Sequence record: LC768500.1
Length of the DNA: 64,000 nt
Strand: one strand, 5' to 3'
Below, in pieces: positions 9,519 through 19,364 of the stretch. A program made the position numbers and the translations under genes. Positions within the stretch are counted from its first letter, which is position 1; each line of letters opens with the position of its first letter. Below the pieces are notes generated by a model. The model had not been told where the DNA came from. It searched no databases and saw nothing but the letters and a program-made list of their open reading frames with translations.

Positions 9519-11705
9519 ATGAAGCGTACAATTAACGTCCGCAAAGGCTCCACCGCTGTAAAACCCCTGAACCTCGCGATGAGCGACATGTTTAGTCAGG
9601 GCGGCTTTAAATCTTTTACTGGTGTTGAAAACCTGGATACTGCGACCGACCAGTTCAATGCCATGTTTGCTGGCACCGAGTCACTGGCTAACGGTATTAG
9701 CCCAGAGTCTTCCAAACTGCTCAGCAACCTGACCAACTCTCAGCGTTTCGCGACCATCTCCAGCATCGCGTCGATGCAAAATGCGTTCCCGACCATTGAT
9801 CGTCGCCTGGCTGACTTCGCCGGTACCGAAGGTTTCTCAATGGCGCAGTTTGCTGGTGAGTCCGCTAAAGTTAAAGGCGTGAACATCACTCTGAACGCCC
9901 TGTCTCACCGTCAGACTGACGCTGCTGAAGCGCTATTCACAACCGTCACCATCCCGTACGCTGATGAGTACCTGGAGTTCTCCGTGCGTACTGCCGGCCT
10001 GGGTCGTTACATCTACGGTGCTGCTGCTGGCGAACGTGCTTCTGAGCTGGTACCGGTAATGAGCCTGATCCGCAAAGGTAAAGCCTTCATGGCTGATACC
10101 CTGCGCATGTATCCGGTTTATCCGACCGACTCGGCTGACCCGAACCGTAAATACTTCATGGCTGAGTCTGTATCTGCTGCTACCGAAGCCACTTACGACA
10201 GCGCCGATCCGCTGAACCGTCAAGCTCACAAGACCCAATACCTGAAAGTTCCGGTATCCGTACCGAACCTGGTTGGTCTGTCTGAAGCCCCGGGTCAGAA
10301 CCCGTTCGAAACTTCTGATGAAGTTGAATCCAACTCCATCCAGATGACCAACGTCGCACTGACCGCCAACGTCGGCGCTTCCGGCTCTGCTACCGCAGTT
10401 GTACTGCGTATGCCGACCGTGAACATGTCTCAGGCGCATTTCGGTATCGCTGCAATGGGTGCTTCTTCTGACGATCGTCAGATGGACTTCCAGGTACAGG
10501 GTCTGCCGGCGTCTGCACTGTTCAACATCGGTAGCGATACTGTTACCACCGCACTGGATGCACTGAAAGCGAATGGCGCTCAGCCGTTCTTCTCTCTGAG
10601 CATCACCGGTACTTACCAGCGTCAGACCAATACCCTGAAAATCCAGGGCGGTTCTTTCGAACTGGAGTACATCAAAGATGCGGCTGGCAACAAACATCTG
10701 CCGACCACTTCCAGCGCAACGATCAAAGCTCTGTTCGGCCTGTTCAATGATGGCGAAATCGCCGGTGTTGAACTGCGTTACAACCACACCAACATCAACC
10801 GCGTGAACTTCGGTTACCGTGTTGAAGTGTTTGACGCACGTAAAACTCTGACCACTCATCGTCAGACTCCGATCTCTGTTCGCTACCCGGTCAGCAAAGA
10901 AGATACCAATGAGGAATCTCTGAGCTACGCGATCGATCAGATGGCGATCATCCTGAACGCACAGACCACCGCAAACGCGTTTACCAAAGCTGAAGAGCAC
11001 GTTGATTACGTGACCTCCATCAACGGTTCGGCAATCGTGGGTAACGAGCAGGCGTCCAACGTCCTGGCCGGTATGCACTATGCTAACGCTGCGGCGATCA
11101 ACCGTACCCTGAAACTGGCTGACATCGTGTCTACCCAGGATAGCGTCGGTGTGGTCGACAACATCTCTGCGGCACTGTGCAACACCCTGAGCGAAATGGC
11201 AGCAGCGCTGGCCACTAACTCCGGTCTGGCTGCTATTGCCGAATACACCCGTGAAAAACTGAAATGGCAGGTTGTTGCCCATCAGAACATGGGTCGTTAC
11301 CTGATGCGTTCTGGCGACGCTCGTACTATGGGTGCGTATACCGACTTCGCGGTTGAACTGACTAACGTCGAAACCATGATCGGTAAATTCTACCTGGTAC
11401 CGCAGTCCGAAACCGACGGCAACACCATCGACCCGCTGGGTGGCATGGGTGTCTGCGTTGATAAAGAGCACGTTGTTGTTCAGGGTGACGTAACCCGTAC
11501 TGATCGTCAGTTCGGTATCCTGATGACCATGCCGATCTTCCAACACCACTCCGTGTGTCCGATCGTCGGCGTACTGACCGTTGAAGACGCGGTACTGGCT
11601 CTGAACGACGAAGGCCTGATCGACGCTCTGGCTAAACAGCGCGTTGTGGTTAACGGCGTTGTACAGTCTAAAGCCGGCACTGTAGACGACGGTAAGCTGC
11701 CGTAA
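9519..11705 (+). CDS. major capsid protein precursor (phiKZ gp120-like)
   Basis: 728 aa; strongest high-expression codon bias in the window; N-terminal propeptide with repeated F-[AT]-G-x-E sites; position between DnaB and the nvRNAP subunit; strong terminator after. Confidence 0.9.
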   Translation: MKRTINVRKGSTAVKPLNLAMSDMFSQGGFKSFTGVENLDTATDQFNAMFAGTESLANGISPESSKLLSNLTNSQRFATISSIASMQNAFPTIDRRLADFAGTEGFSMAQFAGESAKVKGVNITLNALSHRQTDAAEALFTTVTIPYADEYLEFSVRTAGLGRYIYGAAAGERASELVPVMSLIRKGKAFMADTLRMYPVYPTDSADPNRKYFMAESVSAATEATYDSADPLNRQAHKTQYLKVPVSVPNLVGLSEAPGQNPFETSDEVESNSIQMTNVALTANVGASGSATAVVLRMPTVNMSQAHFGIAAMGASSDDRQMDFQVQGLPASALFNIGSDTVTTALDALKANGAQPFFSLSITGTYQRQTNTLKIQGGSFELEYIKDAAGNKHLPTTSSATIKALFGLFNDGEIAGVELRYNHTNINRVNFGYRVEVFDARKTLTTHRQTPISVRYPVSKEDTNEESLSYAIDQMAIILNAQTTANAFTKAEEHVDYVTSINGSAIVGNEQASNVLAGMHYANAAAINRTLKLADIVSTQDSVGVVDNISAALCNTLSEMAAALATNSGLAAIAEYTREKLKWQVVAHQNMGRYLMRSGDARTMGAYTDFAVELTNVETMIGKFYLVPQSETDGNTIDPLGGMGVCVDKEHVVVQGDVTRTDRQFGILMTMPIFQHHSVCPIVGVLTVEDAVLALNDEGLIDALAKQRVVVNGVVQSKAGTVDDGKLP

Positions 11706-11727
11706 GCAACATTAGCACTGTGAAATA

Positions 11728-11761
11728 ATAACCCCCTACCCCGTTAAGGGTAGGGGGTTAT
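11728..11761 (+). terminator. intrinsic terminator after MCP
   Basis: ATAACCCCCTACCC-cgttaa-GGGTAGGGGGTTAT, 14-bp stem. Confidence 0.8.
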
Positions 11762-11780
11762 ACTTCGTCTTCTTAAATTT

Positions 11781-11797
11781 TTTAAGGACTATATTAT
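11781..11797 (+). promoter_or_regulatory. putative phage early promoter of the nvRNAP operon
   Basis: TTTAAGGAC-TATATTAT; nvRNAP genes are early in phiKZ-like phages. Confidence 0.7.
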
Positions 11798-11884
11798 CTC
11801 TGGGTAAAGGGTTGGTATAAGGGACCGCGCATCCCATACCAGATGAAGCTCTAGTCTAAAAATAAACCTTAAGGAAATTAACAA

Positions 11885-12907
11885 ATGAGTCTTTCGTCTT
11901 ACGGCACACAAAATGCCTTATCTTATCAGTTATTTAATAACACGAGTAAAGAGCTCTTGCTACGTAATAATGGCGGAATGAACAATATTATATCCGCGTG
12001 TCCTAAAAGCGGGTATAATAACACTATTGTTCTGCGGGTTACGCTTACTGTACATAATGTTCACAATGTATTATTCGATTTGGAAGGCATGACCAACGCT
12101 TTGGATAGGGAGATCGCAACTGAATTCATCACTCAGTTAAATGCCCGTAAGAAGAACGACTTTGTTTATTTAGAAATTAACGATACCATTTGTATGACAC
12201 ACACCGTCACCCTAGGGCAACGTCACGCGAGTGGATTAAAAAATGAAATTAAAAGTGACCTGCTCAATTTCACTTTAAGTCAAGAGGTCAATAAGTATAA
12301 AGACAGATTCGTTGGTAAGACCGCAACCGCGATCACCCAAGAGATAAAAAATGATTTAACTGAAGAAGAATCAGAAAACCTCATTGTGTGTATGAGGGTC
12401 AATGATCCTCTTTCCATTGTGAATAATCTCTGGACCACGGCGGGCGGTGAAGCGGTTTTGATACCGAAAACTACCAATGAAGACGAACCAGCAGGCCTGT
12501 ATATTGTGAAAGGTCGTAACGCTTATAACCGTGGAAGTGAATATCATGATATCGCTAAGTGCAGTAAGGAATTCCTTAACGCACTAGGGGTTTATCATAG
12601 TAAACACGAAGCCGATATTGGCGGTAACAGTAAATTGTTACACGACCTTACATCTAAAGTATCAGAAATGAAGAAATCCACTGAGAAAGCTCAACGGGAA
12701 CTAAACACCGCAGAAGTTAAAGCAACCACTCTAAATAATCGGTTGGAGCATGCAAAGATGGTGCAACTGTTCGATAAAGAACGGGCTAAGTTCAAGGAAG
12801 ATATATCCAAAAGCGCGAATACCGGTAGTGGATGGGGGGATGCATTTAAATCTGCAGGGGGGTTCTTGTCGACGCTGTTCTCGATATTTAAACTCCTTCC
12901 CATTTAA
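11885..12907 (+). CDS. conserved hypothetical protein with C-terminal coiled coil and amphipathic helix
   Basis: 340 aa, AAGGA RBS; heptad-like region followed by WGDAFKSAGGFLSTLFSIFKLLPI. Confidence 0.7.
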   Translation: MSLSSYGTQNALSYQLFNNTSKELLLRNNGGMNNIISACPKSGYNNTIVLRVTLTVHNVHNVLFDLEGMTNALDREIATEFITQLNARKKNDFVYLEINDTICMTHTVTLGQRHASGLKNEIKSDLLNFTLSQEVNKYKDRFVGKTATAITQEIKNDLTEEESENLIVCMRVNDPLSIVNNLWTTAGGEAVLIPKTTNEDEPAGLYIVKGRNAYNRGSEYHDIAKCSKEFLNALGVYHSKHEADIGGNSKLLHDLTSKVSEMKKSTEKAQRELNTAEVKATTLNNRLEHAKMVQLFDKERAKFKEDISKSANTGSGWGDAFKSAGGFLSTLFSIFKLLPI

Positions 12908-12918
12908 CAAGGTGCGAC

Positions 12919-14589
12919 ATGGATCCTAAGTTACTGAAAGCGGTATCGGCTACGATGCCTAAGTTTAATGAAACGATAGCTTCAGGTTTCCATCAACGAG
13001 AATTTGAGCAAATACATAAACGTTATGAATATCTTTTAAGAATGACGTTTGAACCCATTGAAAAGAAAGGAGTATGGTTTGTTGGCGTCAGGTCGGTACG
13101 ACCTCATGAAATGTATAACGTCATCGCGAAGAACACACAGCAGAAAACCTTTGAAACAAACAAAGAAAGTCTTTATCCGGTTAAGCTCGTCTTTAAATAC
13201 GGGATGGATAAAAACACTGCCAGGGAGATGGATCCTGTTTACGTACTGCTCCCGTTCTGTGATCGGTATGGGGACGTTTGGATCAGGGGAAGCCAATACA
13301 GCCTACAGATAGTCCTGGCTGACCGAGGATTGAGCGTCACTAAAGACGATCAGATCTTCGTAAGACTCCTGGGATATAAATTCAAAGTAGGAACTGAGCA
13401 ATATGAATACACTCAGATCCACAATGAAATAAATCCTGTCAGGGAAACCAACCTTCCTATCAACCTTCCGGCTAACCGCTTCTACGTGGCCAGTGAAGCA
13501 CGTCGTCCAAACCCAACTAAAACACCCACACCTTTATTGGCGTGGTATGTGTTTGCGGAGTATGGTTTTAGCGAAACCATGCGTAAGTTCGGGGAATGCG
13601 ATTATGCGATAGGTGATCGTGATGCGATCATTCAGCAATATAGTGAAGATAAGGGTTGGAAGCTGTTTGGTAGTAAAGGATTGGCGATTGGTAAAAGTAT
13701 CACGCCATATGTGAATTGCGGGTTAGCTATAGCGGCTAAACCATTAAACGAAAAACGAAGAGGGGAAATACCTAACGTTGCACAACAGTATATTGCGGCA
13801 TTGCTTTATCTGTGTGATGTTGGCGGAGAATTTATTGATTTGGATAAACTCGACGATAAATATTTTTGGCGTATGATGGTCGGACACGCCAGTATTAAAG
13901 CCGGAGGAAATCTCACCCATTTGGAAAAACAGATGGCGGATCACTTCGATTCCATGAACGAAGGTTTAGACCAAACAAGTATCCAACGATTCGCTGAGCA
14001 ACGAATTGTGGTTAAAGATCGTTATGAATTGTTTAATTACATCATAGCGAATCGGGCTGAAATCGTTAAGACTTCCGATAAAGCCAATATGTTACATAAA
14101 GAAATTAGTTCTAGTGAGTTCACATTAGACAAACTGATTACTGCGGCTAACCGCTTTAAACACGATGTCAAAAACACAACAGAACTCAACTATGAACGTG
14201 TTAAGTCATTCATGTCATCTCATTTCAAATTACGCGATATCGAATCGGCTGCTTGGGAATCTAACATGATCCAAGAAGCTACGCCGACAGATTGCCCTAT
14301 CGCCGATTATGGCTTTGGGGTGATGTCTCAGGCGAAAGTGTTCGGTCCTCGTAATAACGGGAGAAACAGTGACTTTAACCCTAACGATCCCGCTAACTGC
14401 ATACATGGCTCTGTACCTTTTGTGATGAGTTTCCAACGGGTAACTAAACCCGACCCAAACGCTTGCGGATTCTTAGCCCCCTGCGTGTATTTGATCAACG
14501 ACAAATACTTGGGACTCAGACCAGAAGATGTGGAACTGTACGAAGCCACTGTGAGCAGACTTACTAAGTCTGAGGTTAAAATTAAATGA
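12919..14589 (+). CDS. non-virion RNA polymerase beta subunit, N-terminal part (phiKZ gp123-like)
   Basis: 556 aa; LPFCDRYGDVWIRGSQYSLQIVL resembles the beta motif LP...G.FIING.E; second gene after the MCP as in phiKZ-like phages. Confidence 0.82.
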   Translation: MDPKLLKAVSATMPKFNETIASGFHQREFEQIHKRYEYLLRMTFEPIEKKGVWFVGVRSVRPHEMYNVIAKNTQQKTFETNKESLYPVKLVFKYGMDKNTAREMDPVYVLLPFCDRYGDVWIRGSQYSLQIVLADRGLSVTKDDQIFVRLLGYKFKVGTEQYEYTQIHNEINPVRETNLPINLPANRFYVASEARRPNPTKTPTPLLAWYVFAEYGFSETMRKFGECDYAIGDRDAIIQQYSEDKGWKLFGSKGLAIGKSITPYVNCGLAIAAKPLNEKRRGEIPNVAQQYIAALLYLCDVGGEFIDLDKLDDKYFWRMMVGHASIKAGGNLTHLEKQMADHFDSMNEGLDQTSIQRFAEQRIVVKDRYELFNYIIANRAEIVKTSDKANMLHKEISSSEFTLDKLITAANRFKHDVKNTTELNYERVKSFMSSHFKLRDIESAAWESNMIQEATPTDCPIADYGFGVMSQAKVFGPRNNGRNSDFNPNDPANCIHGSVPFVMSFQRVTKPDPNACGFLAPCVYLINDKYLGLRPEDVELYEATVSRLTKSEVKIK

Positions 14590-16979
14590 GCAGCATTCGC
14601 CCTACCAATCGCGGTAATGGAGTGAGTATTCCTAACGAAGATCCGAGCATGGGTAATGGTTTCGGTTCACTGGCTACAGGAATGCAACAAAATAGCATGT
14701 ACGGTCAACCGCAACAAATGTTTGATCCGTCTGCGATGATGAAAATGATTTCAACAGGAGGCATGAGCAATAACCCAGCCTCCGGCGGTTGGGATTGGTC
14801 GAACGTAGATAGGCCGAAGAACCCTAATGCTGCATTCTTGGATGAGTTTTTAGGGCATCAGGAAGATGAACTCGAGCACGCGTTGAAAATGGAAGCGCAA
14901 GCTTACGCAACTAAATTCGCAGCGCGTATTATCAACGACATTAAAACGAGAAACACAAGCGGGTATTATAAGTTCTTCCTTAACGCGTATAATATCTTTG
15001 CACTGGTCCCTGACGCCCCTCCTATGATGTGTCCTATCAGGGGGCGGTTCATAGAGGTTATCAAGAATACTCAGGCGGCGCAGTTGCGTATTGCGGGTCG
15101 TGGTGTGACATTCGGTGGTCGTGATTTCGCTTTACAGATCATGGCGCAGAATCCACTTGATCAACGTCTGGTAGAAAACCTCTTCAGTACTGGTATTGCG
15201 AACGCCATGTTTTTAGAAATGGTGGATTGGTTTGCTAAAACGGCTGATGGCAGAGACGCATATAGCAAGCTAACTAATGAACTTAAGTTGACATTGACTA
15301 AATTACCTAAGTTCATTACTTACGCAGCGGAATGCTTCCAGTTCTTCAATATGGATAGCCCGTATAATGACCTGAGTCCAGTCCCTAAAACTTCCCCAAA
15401 CCCAGATCAGAACATGAGTCAGTATGTGGTCAGATCGACGTCAGGGAGCGGAGCGGAGTGGTTAGGGTTCCAGCATTCTACAGAATCTCAACAGCAGAAG
15501 GAGATCCGAGAGATCAATGAATGGGTAGCGAATAATCTTCGTCATCGCCAAGAGTTCCAATATCAACAGGCTCAACAACAAACTCCCGACGCAGCGTATT
15601 GGTCTGGACAGCAGCCACAACAACAGTATAGCTTTGGTGAGCTTCATACTAAACGTGTTGATTTCGAAAACGTCAATCCCGATAACGTGGCGGATTTCTC
15701 TTTAGAGAACTTCAAACGCATCCCAGGGACCGATAAATACGTTGTTGATGAAACCACTTGGAGTTATTTCTCCAAGGCATTCAAACGGGCTTATCGTCCT
15801 TATGGTGAACTTTTTGCCGGAACATACGGAATACGAGTCGTCAAGATCAATTTCGAGCTCAACGACGGTTGGGTGGACAATGTTCTGTTTATAGAAGGAG
15901 TGACTCCAGCCATGGCTTTAGCCAACCCAGCGATGCTACTTCCACATCTCGAGACTGACCAGCAAGGCAACGTGGTCATTGTCGATGAAGTGGTCCTACC
16001 AAAAGAGAAGGACGAAGAAACTGGCATTGAAATGGTTCCGTTACAGAAAGTTAAAGTGATGGAACACGCCCCGACAGCGGTTGTTGTTCCCGAGGTTGTC
16101 ACAGGTGATAGCTTTGGAAATATCGAGACCGTAGTCGATACCATGTTTGAAACCGTTAAACCGTCAACATCAGGATTATTCGGTGTCGCGATCCCGGTAG
16201 AGAACTGGAAACGTTTCTTCGTAGAAGACAGTACGATTGTAGAAGAAATCTACCTTCGTTTGCCTTGGCTGATTAAAGGTAACGGCGGCGGTACTCCACC
16301 TACGTTCTTTGATTTCGTTTCCGAGATACAAAAGACGATGGATCATTACATCGGCTGTGATGAACTTCGTGGATTTGTTGAAACTCATATCACTGACACG
16401 GTTAACCGTTGGTTGGTGGATACGAGAGGTTACGGCGGCAATCGTGATGATCAATATCGCTTCAGAATTAATGGGATCTTCAGCAATCTCAGGAATCTGA
16501 TTAATCACTTAGAGAACAACGACCCTGATACGTTCAGCGTTTTGGTTGATCCTAAACGGTTTAAGCGACTCTTCACTAAGTGTAAATTGTTTGCACCGCG
16601 TGAGACGCGTTCAGCGCTCTTGAATGGCGCTCTGCCGAGTTCTCCAACTCAGGCTGCGATAGCTAAAGAAAACGATAAGAAAGCTATGGTTGTCCTTACA
16701 GACGTCGTAGTGACCCGTATCGGCAATATCCTCGCACCTAATACACAAAAGACCGTTATCAACGTAAAACGTTCAGCGTTCCCAGAGATGTTCTCTTTAA
16801 TCGAACGTTCGTTTGGGAAAACCTCCGATCTGTTACCAGAAGGTGTTGAACAGGTACTGTCTTTTGTCAGTGACGATAGTCTTTGGACTTTCAACACATC
16901 AGGATTTGATTCTAATGTCGCTGTTATGCGTAAGGTGGTCAGAACCCAAGGCATGCTTAATTTTAAATTAATTGAATAA
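14586..16979 (+). CDS. conserved hypothetical protein with low-complexity Q/G/M/S-rich segments
   Basis: 797 aa; ATGA overlap with the nvRNAP subunit gene. Confidence 0.7.
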   Translation: MSSIRPTNRGNGVSIPNEDPSMGNGFGSLATGMQQNSMYGQPQQMFDPSAMMKMISTGGMSNNPASGGWDWSNVDRPKNPNAAFLDEFLGHQEDELEHALKMEAQAYATKFAARIINDIKTRNTSGYYKFFLNAYNIFALVPDAPPMMCPIRGRFIEVIKNTQAAQLRIAGRGVTFGGRDFALQIMAQNPLDQRLVENLFSTGIANAMFLEMVDWFAKTADGRDAYSKLTNELKLTLTKLPKFITYAAECFQFFNMDSPYNDLSPVPKTSPNPDQNMSQYVVRSTSGSGAEWLGFQHSTESQQQKEIREINEWVANNLRHRQEFQYQQAQQQTPDAAYWSGQQPQQQYSFGELHTKRVDFENVNPDNVADFSLENFKRIPGTDKYVVDETTWSYFSKAFKRAYRPYGELFAGTYGIRVVKINFELNDGWVDNVLFIEGVTPAMALANPAMLLPHLETDQQGNVVIVDEVVLPKEKDEETGIEMVPLQKVKVMEHAPTAVVVPEVVTGDSFGNIETVVDTMFETVKPSTSGLFGVAIPVENWKRFFVEDSTIVEEIYLRLPWLIKGNGGGTPPTFFDFVSEIQKTMDHYIGCDELRGFVETHITDTVNRWLVDTRGYGGNRDDQYRFRINGIFSNLRNLINHLENNDPDTFSVLVDPKRFKRLFTKCKLFAPRETRSALLNGALPSSPTQAAIAKENDKKAMVVLTDVVVTRIGNILAPNTQKTVINVKRSAFPEMFSLIERSFGKTSDLLPEGVEQVLSFVSDDSLWTFNTSGFDSNVAVMRKVVRTQGMLNFKLIE

Positions 16980-17023
16980 CCCCACCATCCTAGAACCATT
17001 TAATCGATTAAGTTGTTAACATC

Positions 17024-17052
17024 GGATATCCTTCCTTAGCGGGAGGGTATCC
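17024..17052 (+). terminator. stem-loop / putative terminator
   Basis: GGATATCCTTCC-ttagc-GGGAGGGTATCC, 12 bp including two G-U pairs. Confidence 0.55.
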
Positions 17053-17087
17053 TTTAATAACCATTTCCCACAAAAAAGGAATACGAA

Positions 17088-17723
17088 ATGAATCGTCCAA
17101 TTTTTAAAATTAGTCAGCACGCGCAGTTGTCGATCCCGGCCCTCATCGATGTTACAGAAAATGAAGCGGAATGCTCGTCACTTGTTTACGGCCTCCATCC
17201 TTCCATGACCGGGGTATTCTCTGAACGCCAGAAGGATTCAATGGCAGAGAGTCTTTACCTAATGGGTCAGTACGCCGAAATCATTCCCAGGAATAAGCCG
17301 GAGTGTACGATTGATTATCATCCCATCACTAACGAGCATTACCTTAAATCGTTTAAACATTATTACGAAGCATGGGTTGCTTTGGGTAGAGATGAAGTGG
17401 TGATGCAGGGAGCCACTGTTAGGGTTTCGTCGTTTTTATTATTAAGGACTATGTTCAATGGGGTCATAGGAATTCTACCTTATCTCGACCCCAAAGGACA
17501 TCGGATGCAAGCAAAGGAATACGCTAAATTAGACGATTTGGTTAAACTGACCTACGGCGTGCCCGCTGGGTCATTCTCGGCGACCCCCGATTACCAGGTT
17601 GTTCCTAAAATAGAGGTGCGGGAACAGATCGTGATGAGCTTTACTGACAAATACGGTAACGTCATCACCGTCACCGGAATCGATAGAGAAAAGATGATCG
17701 AACAGATAGAAAAATTAAAGTAA
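17088..17723 (+). CDS. hypothetical protein
   Basis: 211 aa, AAGGA RBS, flanked by hairpins. Confidence 0.65.
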   Translation: MNRPIFKISQHAQLSIPALIDVTENEAECSSLVYGLHPSMTGVFSERQKDSMAESLYLMGQYAEIIPRNKPECTIDYHPITNEHYLKSFKHYYEAWVALGRDEVVMQGATVRVSSFLLLRTMFNGVIGILPYLDPKGHRMQAKEYAKLDDLVKLTYGVPAGSFSATPDYQVVPKIEVREQIVMSFTDKYGNVITVTGIDREKMIEQIEKLK

Positions 17724-17729
17724 TCGTCT

Positions 17730-17761
17730 TCCCTACCACTCCTTAACTGGGGTGGTAGGGA
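17730..17761 (+). terminator. intrinsic terminator
   Basis: TCCCTACCACTCC-ttaact-GGGGTGGTAGGGA, 13 bp with one G-U pair. Confidence 0.75.
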
Positions 17762-17793
17762 GTAAGAAAGCTTTAATTTTTTAACATGAAGAT

Positions 17794-17812
17794 TTTTATA
17801 AGTCGATATCAT
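17794..17812 (+). promoter_or_regulatory. putative phage early promoter
   Basis: TTTTATAAGTC-GATATCAT ahead of the glycine-zipper trio. Confidence 0.55.
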
Positions 17813-17865
17813 TCAGGTGTATAAACAACAAGTATTTTAATTCTTATTCACTAAAGAGGTCCAAA

Positions 17866-18438
17866 ATGGAAATTCGTAAAGATATGATCAATGAAATCGC
17901 CGCTCGTATCATCTCTGGTTGCAACGACGTGGAAGCCAGTGTCCGCGAAAAGCTGCTGCGTAATTTGGTTAATGGTGAGATCTGGCAGTTCGAGCTCAAT
18001 GAAACTGAGCAAGCGGAACTGATCGCGATCGTAAGCAAAGAGTTCGGTATTTCCGATCTGGTCTACGTCGAACCGCAGAAAAACATTTCTGAAGAAGATG
18101 TCGCCAAAGTCGCTGCCAGTGTTAACGGGCATGTCGAACACAAATATCTGAATCTGCGAAATGCGATGGCAGTCGGCGCAGTACTCGGTGCTGGTGCGGC
18201 CATCTTAAAAGAAGGTGCGAACGCAATTAATGCCGGTGCTGGTGTGGTCGGCGCTGCTGTTTCTTACGGCGTGGGTTATCTGGCTGACAAGAAACATATC
18301 GGTATGGGTAATCAGTACGCTGATGTCGCGGCAGGCATTGTTGCCGGTGGCGTTATCGGTGGCGGCGCAGTATTTGGCGCGGGCTTTGTCGCCAAACGTT
18401 TCTTCAGCGATGAAGAAGTTGAAGTTGTTGCAGAGTAA
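17866..18438 (+). CDS. glycine-zipper membrane protein, paralog 1
   Basis: GAGG RBS; soluble N-terminal half, then three GxxxG-rich hydrophobic helices and an acidic tail. Confidence 0.8.
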   Translation: MEIRKDMINEIAARIISGCNDVEASVREKLLRNLVNGEIWQFELNETEQAELIAIVSKEFGISDLVYVEPQKNISEEDVAKVAASVNGHVEHKYLNLRNAMAVGAVLGAGAAILKEGANAINAGAGVVGAAVSYGVGYLADKKHIGMGNQYADVAAGIVAGGVIGGGAVFGAGFVAKRFFSDEEVEVVAE

Positions 18439-18501
18439 TAAACGCATCTGAAATATCCGATGCATCTTAAATTAAACTATCAATAGTAAGGAAATACGAT
18501 C

Positions 18502-18894
18502 ATGAAAAAAGAAAACATTGAACTGACTGGCACTGAACTCGACGAAGCTAAAGCGATGCTGGCTGTTGATGCAGAAACTTCTCTGTTCGACGATATCTGT
18601 GAAAAACTCGGTGGCTACGTAGCTACCGACAAACAGAAAAGCCACGTGAAAGCCGCAGTGATCGGTGGTGTTATCGGCACCGCTCTGAGCATGGCGAGCA
18701 AACCATCTGTCGGCACGCTGATCGGTGGCGTGGTTGGTACCGCAGGTGGCGCTTATGTGGGTAGTCGTATCGCTGATGATCTGAGCAATCAGTTCATTGA
18801 CAAACTGCTCACCGCTGAAATTGGCTTCGTGTGTAGCGCTATCGGCGCATCCATCGGCGGGGCATTAACCCCGAGCAAAGTCGAAGCGGACTAA
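18502..18894 (+). CDS. glycine-zipper membrane protein, paralog 2
   Basis: AAGGA RBS; AAVIGGVIGTAL, GTLIGGVVGTAGGAYVG, SAIGASIGGAL. Confidence 0.8.
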   Translation: MKKENIELTGTELDEAKAMLAVDAETSLFDDICEKLGGYVATDKQKSHVKAAVIGGVIGTALSMASKPSVGTLIGGVVGTAGGAYVGSRIADDLSNQFIDKLLTAEIGFVCSAIGASIGGALTPSKVEAD

Positions 18895-18962
18895 ATCATC
18901 CAGTTCGTTCCACTACCGTTAAATTTTAGGCAACTCAACATCAAAACGTAAGAGGTAATATC

Positions 18963-19358
18963 ATGGATATGGCAAACAAACCTGCAGTTAACAAAGCTGC
19001 CTTGTCAGAAGAAGAAATTCTGAAAATGCTGGCTGGTCACAAATCCACCGATGCTAACTATCGGGTTGGTCGCATTGCTGGTGTGCTGGGCGCAGTTGTC
19101 GCCGGTGCGCATCGGACCGTCACCAATGGGGTTAAACCATCTACGGTGGTAGGTACAGTGGTAGGTGGATTGGTTGGATATAAAACGGGTAAAATGGCAG
19201 ACGGTTTCAGCGGGCTGACCGGAAGTCATTCACCGATTGCAGACGTCGGTGCATTCACAGCAGGGTACGGCGTGGCGCTGGGAATGAGCGCCCTGGCGGG
19301 TACGTTTGATCAGTACATCACACCGCTGTACGAATCAGAAGAAGAAACCGAAGAATAA
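18963..19358 (+). CDS. glycine-zipper membrane protein, paralog 3
   Basis: GAGGT RBS; GRIAGVLGAVVAG, GTVVGGLVGYKTG, AGYGVALGMSALAG; ends ESEEETEE. Confidence 0.8.
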   Translation: MDMANKPAVNKAALSEEEILKMLAGHKSTDANYRVGRIAGVLGAVVAGAHRTVTNGVKPSTVVGTVVGGLVGYKTGKMADGFSGLTGSHSPIADVGAFTAGYGVALGMSALAGTFDQYITPLYESEEETEE

Positions 19359-19364
19359 GAAAGT

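Noticed and set aside
9933-11549. 538-aa antisense ORF inside the MCP gene
   Set aside because: It mirrors the MCP codons; the strong codon bias of the MCP removes antisense stops. No RBS or recognisable domain.
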